Positions 49,455-58,929 of a stretch of 64,000 nt of DNA are shown piece by piece. Both the position numbers and the translations under genes were made by a program. The DNA comes from Candidatus Binatia bacterium (GTDB lineage Bacteria; Desulfobacterota; Binatia; Bin18). The DNA lies in NCBI GenBank assembly GCA_963664395.2, contig OY761159.2, positions 4,000,001 through 4,064,000 of the forward strand, written 5' to 3'. Each line of letters begins with the position of its first letter. Positions within the stretch are counted from its first letter, which is position 1. Below the pieces are notes generated by a model. That model was given only the letters and a program-made list of their open reading frames with translations. It was not told the DNA's origin and ran no database searches.

Positions 49455-51188
49455 ATGGCCACTCTGGAAAAGATCGATCCCATTACCTTGGCTGTTGTCC
49501 AAGGCATGCTTGAATCAACCCAGCGTGAGATGACGCTCACCATTGAGAAAACGTCGCGCTCGTCCGTGTTCAATATTGCGCGCGATTACTCCAACGCTCT
49601 GTTTCTCGGCACCGGCGAGATGATCCTGCAAGGCCAGGATATTCCCATTCATCTCGGCTCACTGATGCCTGCCCTGCGGACCGTGGCCGCCTATTTTGGT
49701 GACGATATTCATCCTGGCGATGTGTTCTATCATAACGATCCAGCCTGGGGCGGCTCTCATATTATTGACTGCTGCATGTATAAGCCGGTCTTCTACCAGG
49801 ACGAATTGGTGTTTTGGACGGTCAGTAAAGGCCATGTCACAGACATTGGCGGCCCTGTTCCTGCCGGCTACAACCCTGAAGCCAAAGAAATTTATGCCGA
49901 GGGCCTGCGTATCCCACCGCTGAAAATCTGGGACCGCGGGATAGAGCGGCGTGATGTGGTGAATTTTATTTTAACCAATGTCCGCTCTCGCCGACTCCAA
50001 GCCGGCGACATGCGCGCCCAGCTTGCCGCCGTCACTATTGGTGAGCGCAACCTGATCGGTCTGCTTGAGAAATATAGCAAAGACGTGGCCATGGACTGTA
50101 TGGCGGAATTGCTCGACCTGGCTGAACACCAGATGCGGGCGTTTCTCAGCGCTATTCCTGACGGAACCTACCACGGCAAATCTGTTCTTGAAGACGCCGG
50201 ACATGGGTATGGCGATATTGAGATTGCCGCAAAAGTGGAGATCGCCGGAGACACTATGGCGGTTACGCTGTCGAGCCCGCCCCAGATTCCGTATTTCATC
50301 AATTCCTATGCGGCCAACTCGCTGTCCGGGGTCTACCTCGGGGTCATGATGTTCGCCCAACTGCCCCCGCCGTATAACGAAGGTCTGTATCGGCCCATTG
50401 CCGTTGATGTCGGTCTCGAAGGCAGCCTCACCAACGCCAAGGAACCGGCGCCGCACGCGAACTGCACAACCACGCCGTCAGAGTCGATTACGGATGCCGT
50501 GCGCATGGCGCTTGAACAAGCCCTGCCCGAAAAGGCGGTGGCCTCCTGGGGGCATTCGAACGGACTGAATATTGCCGGGCAGGATTACCGCTCTGGTGAA
50601 GAATACGTTTCCATGATCCTGGCCACCATCATTAGTGGTGGTGGAGCATCGCACAAGACGGACGGCTGGCCTGCCGTGGGTCCACAGTGCTGTTTTGGCG
50701 CATTAACAAGTGGTGATATTGAAATTCTTGAATACCAATATCCGATTGTCATTCACCGCTACGGCCTGATGACGGACTCAGGCGGTGCCGGGAAACTGCG
50801 CGGCGGCTCGGGCACGCACTGGGAAGTCGAACCACTCCACGATCCCATGACGGTTGTCATGTTTGGCGAAGGACGGCGCTACCCGGCCCAGGGCGCGCTG
50901 GGTGCAGCCTCGAAGCTGTGCGAGCCCAAGGTTGGCCGGGCGTTGTATCACAAGAAAGATGGCACTGTTGAAGAGATCAAGACCAACCGGATTGTTGAGA
51001 TTGAGCCGGGTGAGCGCTTTGCCAACCAGAACCCCGGCGGCGGTGGCGTGGGCGACCCGCGCGAACGCGACCGGGACAAGGTGCTCGAAGACGTACAGAA
51101 CGGCTTCGTGTCCGTCCAGGCGGCTTGGGAAGAGTACGGCGTCCGGGTTGAGGACGACCCGCCCCTCAAGCTCGCGGTTGGGAAGTAG
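49455..51188 (+). CDS. Hydantoinase B/oxoprolinase family subunit
   Basis: DPITL, DYS, IPIHLGS, NDP..GGSH, GH..DIGG, EGLRIPP, DSGGAG..RGG, PGGGGVGDP. Confidence 0.92.
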   Translation: MATLEKIDPITLAVVQGMLESTQREMTLTIEKTSRSSVFNIARDYSNALFLGTGEMILQGQDIPIHLGSLMPALRTVAAYFGDDIHPGDVFYHNDPAWGGSHIIDCCMYKPVFYQDELVFWTVSKGHVTDIGGPVPAGYNPEAKEIYAEGLRIPPLKIWDRGIERRDVVNFILTNVRSRRLQAGDMRAQLAAVTIGERNLIGLLEKYSKDVAMDCMAELLDLAEHQMRAFLSAIPDGTYHGKSVLEDAGHGYGDIEIAAKVEIAGDTMAVTLSSPPQIPYFINSYAANSLSGVYLGVMMFAQLPPPYNEGLYRPIAVDVGLEGSLTNAKEPAPHANCTTTPSESITDAVRMALEQALPEKAVASWGHSNGLNIAGQDYRSGEEYVSMILATIISGGGASHKTDGWPAVGPQCCFGALTSGDIEILEYQYPIVIHRYGLMTDSGGAGKLRGGSGTHWEVEPLHDPMTVVMFGEGRRYPAQGALGAASKLCEPKVGRALYHKKDGTVEEIKTNRIVEIEPGERFANQNPGGGGVGDPRERDRDKVLEDVQNGFVSVQAAWEEYGVRVEDDPPLKLAVGK

Positions 51189-51198
51189 GGTTGATGGA

Positions 51199-52074
51199 AT
51201 GAATAACAACTATCTGAGATCGGAACCCATTAATCTCAAAAGCCATCCGACCTTTAACGAAAGATGGCTCCAGGATCTCATAGAGAACGATCCTTCGATC
51301 CTTGGACTAGGTGATCTGTTCCTGCGGGACAAGGAACGGAGACAGCCTCGCGCAGGGAGGCTCGATTTGCTGCTCGAAGACGCCGAGACACAGCGGCGAT
51401 ACGAGGTTGAAATTCAACTCGGGGCAACGGATGAGTCACACATAATCCGGACAATCGAGTACTGGGACATCGAGAAAAAGCGCTACCCACAGTATGACCA
51501 CTGCGCGGTGATCGTTGCGGAAGATATTACGAGCCGCTTTCTCAACGTGATTTCTCTCTTCAATGGCACGCTCCCGCTGATCGCCCTCCAGATGCAGGCG
51601 CTCAAGGTCGGTGAAAATATGACCGTCGTGTTCACTAAGGTGATGGACGAACTGGAACGCGGGCTTGCTGACGACGACGAGGCTGCCGAGGCGGCACCGA
51701 CCGACCGGTCGTATTGGGAGAAGCGCGCGACACCAGAGACCGTCGCTTTGGCCGATCAAATGCTAAACGTTCTGCGTGAGCTCGACCCAAGCCTGAACCT
51801 AAAATACAACAAATTCTACATCGGCCTTGAGAAGGATGGCCAACCATTCAATTTTGTGACTTTCAGTCCGAAGAAGAAATACCTCGTCTTCCGTCTCAAA
51901 TTGCCACGTACCGACGAACTTGATGAGAAAATAGACGAAGCTGGTTTCGTTACGCTTCCGTACAATATCCACCACGATCTTTACCGTCTCCGAGTGACGA
52001 AGGGCGACATCCAGTCCAAATCCGAAATTCTCGAAGAATTATCGCGCCTTGCCTACGAACACAGGGCAAAGTAA
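51199..52074 (+). CDS. NucS-like PD-(D/E)xK nuclease-fold protein with DUF5655-like C-terminus
   Basis: E.WLQD.I...P.ILG, GRLDLL...YEVEIQLG (ExQ variant), LKYNKFYIGL; start ATG 51199. Confidence 0.7.
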   Translation: MNNNYLRSEPINLKSHPTFNERWLQDLIENDPSILGLGDLFLRDKERRQPRAGRLDLLLEDAETQRRYEVEIQLGATDESHIIRTIEYWDIEKKRYPQYDHCAVIVAEDITSRFLNVISLFNGTLPLIALQMQALKVGENMTVVFTKVMDELERGLADDDEAAEAAPTDRSYWEKRATPETVALADQMLNVLRELDPSLNLKYNKFYIGLEKDGQPFNFVTFSPKKKYLVFRLKLPRTDELDEKIDEAGFVTLPYNIHHDLYRLRVTKGDIQSKSEILEELSRLAYEHRAK

Positions 52075-52081
52075 AGGACCT

Positions 52082-54166
52082 ATGTCACAGCACGCCTACC
52101 GTCTCGGCATCGATACCGGCGGAACGTTTACCGACTTTATTCTGGCCTCGGCCGGCGAGGGTATCCGGCTGTATAAGACGCCGTCCGCCCCGCACGACCC
52201 GCCCATCGCCGTGCGTGAAGGGCTTCAGCAAATTGTGGCCGACCTCGGCTGTAGCGTGGCGGACTTTCTGCGGGACTGCGACCTCGTCATTCTCGGCACG
52301 ACCGTCGGGGTCAACGCCCTGATCGAACACAAGGGGGCCAAGACCGGCCTGTTTTGCACTGCCGGCCACGAAGACTCGCTCGAAATCCGTCTCGGCCATA
52401 AGGAAGACGGGCATCGCTATGACGCGGATTTCCCCCAGGCGACCATGCTGGTCTCGCGCGCGCTGCGCTTTCCGGTCGAAGAACGTGTGCTGAGTACGGG
52501 AGAGGTGCGTGTCCCGCTCAACGAAGCCGATGTCCGGCGCGGCATACGCCGTTTTCGGGAGGAGGGCGTCGAGGCGGTGGCCGTGTCTCTGGTCTGGTCG
52601 TTCCTGCACCCCGAACACGAGCGGCGTATCGCCGAACTGGTTCGGGCAGAAATGCCCGGGACCTATGTGACCCTGTCGGTCGATCTGCTGCCCCAGATCC
52701 GTGAGTACACCCGGACCAGCACGACCGTGATGAACGCCTATATCGGCCCCATCATACGGCGCTACGTCGAGCGCATGGAGGCGTTGCTGCACGACCTGGG
52801 CTACGCCAATCCGGTGCGTTATATGCAGAGCAACGGCGGCCTCACATCCGGACGATTCCTGGCCGACAAGGGTATCTACGCCCTGAACTCGGGGCCGGCC
52901 GCGGGGCCGAACGCCGGTCTGTTTTTTCACACTGGAGACCGGTCGCGCGACATCATTACGGTGGATATGGGCGGCACCAGCTTCGACATCAGCCTGAGCA
53001 AGGACGGCAAGACGAATATCGTAAAAGACTTTGATTTCCTGCGCTACCGGATCGGCATCCCCATGCTCCAGGTCGAGACCCTCGGGGCCGGTGGCGGCAG
53101 CATCGCCTTTGTGAACGGCATGGGGCTGTTGCAGGTTGGGCCGGAGAGCGCCGGCGCTCAGCCGGGACCGGCTGCCTACGGCCAGGGCGGACAACGCCCG
53201 ACCGTGACCGACGCCCTGGTCGTGCTGGGCTATCTGAACCAGGAGGCGTTGCTCGGTGGCCGGCTGCGGATCGACGCCGAGGCGGCCCGGCGCGTGATTG
53301 CGGCTGGCGTTGCCGGTCCGCTCAAGCTGGATGTCGAACGCGCCGCCCAGGGGATTTTCACCCTGGTGAACTCCAACATGGTCAGCGGCATTCGGCGTGT
53401 GTCCATCGAACGCGGCTATGACCCACGCGACTTCATGATGGTCGTTGGCGGTGGGGCCGGCCCGGCCCATGCCGGTCGGCTGGCCAGCGAGCTCGGCATT
53501 CCGACCATCCTCATTCCCAAGGTGTCATCCGCCTTCTGTGCGTTCGGTGAAATCCTGGCCGACATGAAGCACAGCTATCTGTCGTCCAGCGCAGTCCGCC
53601 TGGACGCTATGGACTACGCCCACCTCAACGACACCTTTGCGTCCATGGAAATGCAGGGGAGGCACGATCTGGGCAGCGCCGGAGTCGCCGCGGACGCGAT
53701 AACAATCTCCCGCTCGCTGGACATGCGTTACGTCGATCAGGTCCATGAGTGCCAAGTCGATATCCCGCTGGAAGACCTCTCGGCCAGCAATATCGACGCG
53801 ATTGCCGAGGCGTTTCATACCCGCCACGAAGAACTGTTCACCTATTGTGAGCGGGACAATACGGTCGAGATCATGAACCTGGAGTCCACGGTCGTAGGCA
53901 AGGTTGCCCGGCCTCAATTGCCGCCACTCGCCAGTGGAACCCCTGATCCTGCCCACGCCCAGAGCGGTGAACGTTCGGCCTTCTTTGAAGAAAACAATGC
54001 CTTTGTGATGACACCGGTCTACGACGGAGCCAGATTGCTCGTGGGCAACGTGGTCGTCGGGCCGGCCATTATTGAGGAAATTACGACCTCAATCGTGGTC
54101 TTTCCCGGCTGGCAGGTGCGGTTGGATGATCCTGGGGTGTATGTGATGACGGTGCTGGAGGGGTGA
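52082..54166 (+). CDS. Hydantoinase A/oxoprolinase family subunit (ATP-binding)
   Basis: GIDTGGTFTD, GTT..NAL, SGPAAG, DMGGTSFD, GAGGGS, SAGA.PGP, GGAGPAH. Confidence 0.93.
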   Translation: MSQHAYRLGIDTGGTFTDFILASAGEGIRLYKTPSAPHDPPIAVREGLQQIVADLGCSVADFLRDCDLVILGTTVGVNALIEHKGAKTGLFCTAGHEDSLEIRLGHKEDGHRYDADFPQATMLVSRALRFPVEERVLSTGEVRVPLNEADVRRGIRRFREEGVEAVAVSLVWSFLHPEHERRIAELVRAEMPGTYVTLSVDLLPQIREYTRTSTTVMNAYIGPIIRRYVERMEALLHDLGYANPVRYMQSNGGLTSGRFLADKGIYALNSGPAAGPNAGLFFHTGDRSRDIITVDMGGTSFDISLSKDGKTNIVKDFDFLRYRIGIPMLQVETLGAGGGSIAFVNGMGLLQVGPESAGAQPGPAAYGQGGQRPTVTDALVVLGYLNQEALLGGRLRIDAEAARRVIAAGVAGPLKLDVERAAQGIFTLVNSNMVSGIRRVSIERGYDPRDFMMVVGGGAGPAHAGRLASELGIPTILIPKVSSAFCAFGEILADMKHSYLSSSAVRLDAMDYAHLNDTFASMEMQGRHDLGSAGVAADAITISRSLDMRYVDQVHECQVDIPLEDLSASNIDAIAEAFHTRHEELFTYCERDNTVEIMNLESTVVGKVARPQLPPLASGTPDPAHAQSGERSAFFEENNAFVMTPVYDGARLLVGNVVVGPAIIEEITTSIVVFPGWQVRLDDPGVYVMTVLEG

Positions 54167-54228
54167 GGTTGGCCAAGGCAAGCCCATGAAGCGGCGCGAT
54201 TGCTTGCACTCAGCGGAGGCGAAGCTAT

Positions 54229-54495
54229 ATGAAAACCACTATTGATCTCCCTGAATTGACATTCCGGCAGGCCAAGACGCTTGCTGCTGACCGGGGTGTA
54301 ACTCTGAAGCAATTCTTCACCGAAGCGCTTGAAGAAAAAGTCCGTCGCTGTGCTCAGGTAGCCTCTGAGCGCGAAAAGAGGGCTCCCTGGATGGCAGGGT
54401 TCGGCGAACTGTCCGATCTTTCAAGCGAGAACCGGCACATCCTGGCTGCGATTGAAGAGGAGTTTGAGACGCTGTCTCCTGAAGACCTGACATGA
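54229..54495 (+). CDS. vapB: VapB-like antitoxin
   Basis: MKTTIDLP...AK..AA..GVTLK RHH pattern; ATGA overlap with the toxin. Confidence 0.8.
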   Translation: MKTTIDLPELTFRQAKTLAADRGVTLKQFFTEALEEKVRRCAQVASEREKRAPWMAGFGELSDLSSENRHILAAIEEEFETLSPEDLT

Positions 54496-54869
54496 TTCTC
54501 GACACGAACGCTTTGTCGGCATGGGCGGAAGGGCTCCCTGCGATTGAGCCTCACCTTCTGTCCGCCGACCGGCTGGTTGTTCCCAGTATCGTTCTTGGTG
54601 AATATCATTTTGGCATTCGCCAATCCCGCCACCGCCGTCGCTATGAAGTCTGGCTCTATCGCCGTCTTCCGCTGACCGAAATCGCCACCGTCACCCAAGC
54701 GACGGCCGAGGTCTATGCCGAGATCCGCCTGGAATTGAAACGATCAGGTAACCCCATCCCGTCTAATGACACTTGGGTGGCCACCCTCGCACGTCAGCAT
54801 ATTCTCCCGGTATTGAGTAACGATACCCATTTCGATGTTGTCGAAGGTATCAACCGGATTGCTTTCTGA
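54492..54869 (+). CDS. vapC: VapC PIN-domain toxin
   Basis: ILDTN, VLGE, PIPSND.W, SND.HF. Confidence 0.92.
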   Translation: MILDTNALSAWAEGLPAIEPHLLSADRLVVPSIVLGEYHFGIRQSRHRRRYEVWLYRRLPLTEIATVTQATAEVYAEIRLELKRSGNPIPSNDTWVATLARQHILPVLSNDTHFDVVEGINRIAF

Positions 54870-54900
54870 AATACGGCCGCCTCGCTCCACTAAGGATGGG

Positions 54901-55914
54901 CTACTGCCCCAACATTCCGGCCCGGTCGAAAATCCCTAACTCCAATCGGACCTGCTCAATGCGCGCCTGGCGCTCGCGGCGTGCCTGTAATGCCTCGTTA
55001 ATGGTGACCTCGTGGAAGCGGATGTGACAGCCGGGAGAAGCCTGCGCAATCAGATCGAGGTCGGCCGTGATGACCGTGCCAATGGTGGTATAGCCCCCGC
55101 CCGTCACCGCGTCGTTCAACAGGACGATGGCCTCCAGTCCGCCCGGAATCTGGATCGAACCGACCGGGTAGCCCAGATCGACGACGTTCGACGGGTCAGC
55201 ACCGGCACCAAAGGGTTGCTCGCCGGCGTTGAACTCGAACGTCGGGCCTTTGAGACGATAGCCGATTCGGTCGGCTTCGGTCGATACCTCCCATTCCGCG
55301 GTCAGGAACTCGGCCAGGCTGTCTGGGGTCACGCGATGGCTGCACATGCCCATGACGACCCGTACGTCAAGCTCTTTTTGTGGGACCGGGATAAGCGCTG
55401 GATCGAACGTCCGGCCCGGCATTGTTTCGGGCGAGACACAAGGCTGCCCCAACGGGAGTTGATCGCCGCCCGCCAGTTTCCTGCCGTCCAGACCACCGAA
55501 GCGGCCCAGCGTATAGGTGGACCGGCTGCCGAGCCGCTCGGGCACGGAGATCCCGCCGGCCACGCACACATAGGCCCGCGCGCCGTGCCGGACTCCGCCC
55601 AGGCTGATGCTATCCCCAGGCTTGACTGCCAGCGCCTGCCACTGGCCGGCCGGCCGGTCGTTTATGCGAAAGTCAATGTCCGCGCCGGTGACGGCAAGCA
55701 GGGTGTCCGCGGTCGCCTCCAACCGAGGTCCGGCATAGGTGACTTCGAGCCCGGCCGCGGCCTCGTCGTTGCCGACTAGCAGGTTGCCGACCCGGAACGC
55801 GAAATTGTCCAGCGCGCCTGAAGGCGGCATGCCGATGTGGTACCAGTGCAAGCGGCCGAGATCCTGGATTGTGGTCAAGAGGCCGGGATCGATGATGCTA
55901 AGCATGCTAAGCAT
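54901..55914 (-). CDS. pxpC: 5-oxoprolinase subunit C / carboxyltransferase (KipA-like)
   Basis: TTIQDLGR, SGALD, LGSRST, DRIGYRL, GSIQIP, TGGGY. Confidence 0.85.
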   Translation of the reverse strand: MLSMLSIIDPGLLTTIQDLGRLHWYHIGMPPSGALDNFAFRVGNLLVGNDEAAAGLEVTYAGPRLEATADTLLAVTGADIDFRINDRPAGQWQALAVKPGDSISLGGVRHGARAYVCVAGGISVPERLGSRSTYTLGRFGGLDGRKLAGGDQLPLGQPCVSPETMPGRTFDPALIPVPQKELDVRVVMGMCSHRVTPDSLAEFLTAEWEVSTEADRIGYRLKGPTFEFNAGEQPFGAGADPSNVVDLGYPVGSIQIPGGLEAIVLLNDAVTGGGYTTIGTVITADLDLIAQASPGCHIRFHEVTINEALQARRERQARIEQVRLELGIFDRAGMLGQ

Positions 55915-56782
55915 GGGCCGCTTCTTCCCGAAGACGTTTCAAGTAGCTCTCGGGAGCGCGAATATATTCGCCTGGACGAAAATCCTGTTCAATAATGCGG
56001 TAGCGATAGGTGCCGGCTTCGACCTGTGCGCGGATGTCGTTGTACTCATCCATATCAATCGGCCGGAATTGCCAGCGGTCCCCGGCATTGGCCAGAATAT
56101 AGCGCCCTTGGAGGTCTGGCAGCCGCTCCTCCGGGTCATACACGGGCACCGCAGACATGCCGATCATCTGATACCCGCCCGGCCCCTGCACGGGGTAAAT
56201 GCACAGAAACACGCCGGCATGGGCGACGGCGCGCTCAGGGGTGTCCGTGCGTGGGCGGATGTATTTGGGAGCCTGAATGGCTTGTTCAGGCGGGCACATG
56301 CGATAGCACCAGGCAGTGCCGGGCACGAAGCCGACCATGGAGATCCAGTACGGCCGGTCGCAGTAGGCGGTAATGAATTCCTCTTTTGAGGAATAGCCGT
56401 TCACCCGCATCAGGTATTCGAGGTTGGACACCGACGGGTCCTGATGCCGGTCGGCAAAGCGTTTGGCGCACTCCTGCGTCCAGGGATCGTCGAACAGTAC
56501 CGGGATATCGACCAGCCGGGAGGTGAGCGTCTCCGCGGACTGAATCTCGCGTTCGAGGTCCTTGAGGGTTCGGATCAGGGCGTCGGGATGGGTCTCTTCG
56601 GGACGGAAATGGACCAGATAGGAGGCGTTGGCCGGGCAGACCTCAATGACGCCGGGGAGGTGCCGGCGCTCAATCTCGCGACAGATTGACTGTAGTTTGA
56701 AGTTAATGGCGAGGTCCATTGCCTCGCTGAAGACCACCAGCAGGTATTCATCGCCACCATAGTCATACCGCGTCTCTGACAT
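55907..56782 (-). CDS. pxpB: 5-oxoprolinase subunit B / allophanate hydrolase subunit 1 (KipI-like, long form)
   Basis: GGDE, EVCPANAS, VGFVPG, PRTDTP, IYP..GPGGYQ. Confidence 0.82.
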   Translation of the reverse strand: MSETRYDYGGDEYLLVVFSEAMDLAINFKLQSICREIERRHLPGVIEVCPANASYLVHFRPEETHPDALIRTLKDLEREIQSAETLTSRLVDIPVLFDDPWTQECAKRFADRHQDPSVSNLEYLMRVNGYSSKEEFITAYCDRPYWISMVGFVPGTAWCYRMCPPEQAIQAPKYIRPRTDTPERAVAHAGVFLCIYPVQGPGGYQMIGMSAVPVYDPEERLPDLQGRYILANAGDRWQFRPIDMDEYNDIRAQVEAGTYRYRIIEQDFRPGEYIRAPESYLKRLREEAAHA

Positions 56783-56845
56783 CGCTCCACCTCGTTCTAC
56801 GCAACCGCTACTCCCTACCAGAATCGCTGAGGAGCCCTACGAACG

Positions 56846-57658
56846 TTACGCTCTCACTCGCTGTCGCAAAGGAAGAATGTCCGCATTCTCCGTATGAATT
56901 GCGCTCCGAATTTCTATCCCTTCCCGTTGTAAGGCGACATGCAGCCCGTCAAGTACTTCAGGCGCGTTGACAACATCCCCGTGGACGCACACGCTTTCTC
57001 CCTCAACGTCTATGAGGCTCCCGTCGGTGGCGGTGGTTTTTCCGTCTATGGCAAATCGCAGAACGAGCTCGACGATTTCTTCCACATCTTCGGTGCCATA
57101 CGAGCGCTTGACGGTAATGGCCCCAGTCCCATCGTAGTTCAGGCCCGGGTAGAACTCCTTCACAACCCGAAAACCCATTTTTTCCGCGGTAGAGACAAGG
57201 GGGAAATGGGGCAGGGCGGGCAGGTAGACTGTGAGGCCCGGATTGACGGCCTGAAAGCCGTCCAGGATGGCGCGGGCATTCTCCTCCGACTGTATTCCCC
57301 ACGAAAAGAATGCGCCATGTGGTTTGGCGGCCTGAAGGGTGAGGCCGTGCATTTCGCAGAATGCCTTCAGTGCTCCGGCTTGATACACCACATAATCTGT
57401 TGCCTCTTGATGGGTGATATTCATGAGCCGTCGGCCAAAGCCCATCAAATCAGGAAATCCAGGGTGGGCGCCAACGGTCACGCCGTACGTTTTGGCCCAT
57501 TCCACCGTGCGACTCATCCAGCTCGGGTCGCCGGCATGAAAGCCGCAGGCAATGTTGGCGTGGGAGATGCGCTTCATGACCTCTTCCGGTCGGCCCAGCA
57601 CGAAGTTGCCAAACGACTCGCCCATATCACTATTGAGATCGATCCAATTTCTGCCCAT
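56846..57658 (-). CDS. pxpA: 5-oxoprolinase subunit A (LamB/YcsF)
   Basis: DLNSDMGESFG, ANIACGFHAGD, GAHPG.PDL.GFGRR, KPHGA, CVHGD. Confidence 0.92.
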   Translation of the reverse strand: MGRNWIDLNSDMGESFGNFVLGRPEEVMKRISHANIACGFHAGDPSWMSRTVEWAKTYGVTVGAHPGFPDLMGFGRRLMNITHQEATDYVVYQAGALKAFCEMHGLTLQAAKPHGAFFSWGIQSEENARAILDGFQAVNPGLTVYLPALPHFPLVSTAEKMGFRVVKEFYPGLNYDGTGAITVKRSYGTEDVEEIVELVLRFAIDGKTTATDGSLIDVEGESVCVHGDVVNAPEVLDGLHVALQREGIEIRSAIHTENADILPLRQRVRA

Positions 57659-57673
57659 TGTGTCCTCCGTTCT

Positions 57674-58705
57674 TCAGTCTTGAAAATGGGGCATCACTGC
57701 TGTGGCAAATAAGCGCATGGCCCGGACGGTCTTGGCGTGCTCCGCCCCCGGATAGTGCATCCAGCAAATGAGATAGTCCATGCCCAGCTCACGCTGATAT
57801 TTTTCGATTTCCCGAATGCAATGATCCGGATCGCCGATAATAAACCGCTCGCGATGGGTTTCAAACGTGACCGTGTCGGGATTTTCCACAATCCGGCCGG
57901 CGTCGTCTCTGAGCGGGCGCACATTGGCCCATTTCCCGTACATGCCGCCATGGATGTACATAATGCCGGCCCGCGCTTCTTCTTCTGCCTGAGCGGTGGT
58001 TTCCGCCACATAGACTTCACGAATAACCGGCGTTGCGCTGGCCGTTTTGTGAAAACGGTCAAGTTGCTGATGGTAGAGCCGGTAGTGCTCTTTTAATTCG
58101 TTGATATGATGACGCGGAGACGCGACAAGAGCCGAGCCCCACTGAGCTGCGCGGCGTACACCGCCGGGAGTTGATGCCCCGATCCATATGGGAGGATGGG
58201 GTTTTTGGTGGGGCTTCGGCGTCACACTCAGATCTTTCACTGTGTAATATTGACCCGAGAACGAGAAGCTTTCGGTTGTCCAGCTCTTGATGAGAATTTC
58301 GAGTTCCTCTTCCATGCGTTTTTCGCGTCCGCGACGCTGCTCTTCGTAGCCGGCATATTCCTCAGGACGGTAGCCGGTGGCCACACCGAAGATCAAACGA
58401 CCCTCTGCAATCGCGTCGAGCACGGCAACATCTTCTGCGGTCTGAACAGGTCTATGCAGAGGCAAGAGGTACATGCTCGTCCCGATGGTGAGCGTAGATG
58501 TCCGGGCCGCCATTGCCGCTGCCGTGACAAGGAGGGAAGGGCACATGCCGTCTTCCATAAAATGGTGCTCGACCAGCCAGGCTGAGTCAAAACCGATGTC
58601 CTCGGCAATGACAACCTGCTCAAGCATTTCCCGGTAGAGCTCGGTATGGGTCTTGTCGGAGCCTGGCGGGGACTGCATCGAGAATGGGCCAAGACCAAAT
58701 CGCAT
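57674..58705 (-). CDS. LLM-class flavin-dependent oxidoreductase
   Basis: GFDSAWLVEHHF, AEDVAVLD, GYRPEE, PKPHQKPHPPIW; ATG 58705 with GGAGGA RBS. Confidence 0.9.
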   Translation of the reverse strand: MRFGLGPFSMQSPPGSDKTHTELYREMLEQVVIAEDIGFDSAWLVEHHFMEDGMCPSLLVTAAAMAARTSTLTIGTSMYLLPLHRPVQTAEDVAVLDAIAEGRLIFGVATGYRPEEYAGYEEQRRGREKRMEEELEILIKSWTTESFSFSGQYYTVKDLSVTPKPHQKPHPPIWIGASTPGGVRRAAQWGSALVASPRHHINELKEHYRLYHQQLDRFHKTASATPVIREVYVAETTAQAEEEARAGIMYIHGGMYGKWANVRPLRDDAGRIVENPDTVTFETHRERFIIGDPDHCIREIEKYQRELGMDYLICWMHYPGAEHAKTVRAMRLFATAVMPHFQD

Positions 58706-58743
58706 GGTGTACACTCCTCCTGGAGAGGCTGAAAACGTGAGGA

Positions 58744-58772
58744 ATTATCGCTCTCCGAAGATAGCCTGTCAA
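58744..58772 (-). promoter_or_regulatory. Sigma70 promoter TTGACA-N17-GATAAT for the LLM-pxpABC operon
   Basis: tgtcaa at 58767-58772, attatc at 58744-58749, exact 17-bp spacer. Confidence 0.7.
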
Positions 58773-58830
58773 TGTTAGATAGGCTGTCAACGTGAGATAG
58801 GCTGTCAATGTGAGATAGCCTGTCAACGTG
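58759..58830. repeat. Four tandem 18-bp repeats AGATAGSCTGTCAAYGTK
   Basis: Units start at 58759, 58777, 58795 and 58813; each contains TTGACA on the - strand. Confidence 0.95.
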
Positions 58831-58929
58831 AGCTGGCCGTTTGTCTGAGGCCATATCCCGAGTCCTGACCTGCTGGGTGGAACGTCTCGAACAAGGCTGA
58901 ACAGGACAATGCCACCACTCAAGCAATAG

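Noticed and set aside
50854-51198. N-terminal extension of the nuclease ORF overlapping hydantoinase B
   Set aside because: Shadow frame of a GC-rich gene; homology-like sequence begins at ATG 51199
52085-53470. 461-aa antisense ORF and similar long antisense ORFs (e.g. 21297-22085, 55012-55779, 56939-57712)
   Set aside because: Mirror frames of well-supported genes, expected from GC-rich codon bias; no motifs
58759-58830. Possible mini-CRISPR or repeat peptide (LTLTAY)n
   Set aside because: No spacers; better explained as a repeated promoter element; the ORFs crossing it are chimeras of the manC relic and intergenic DNA
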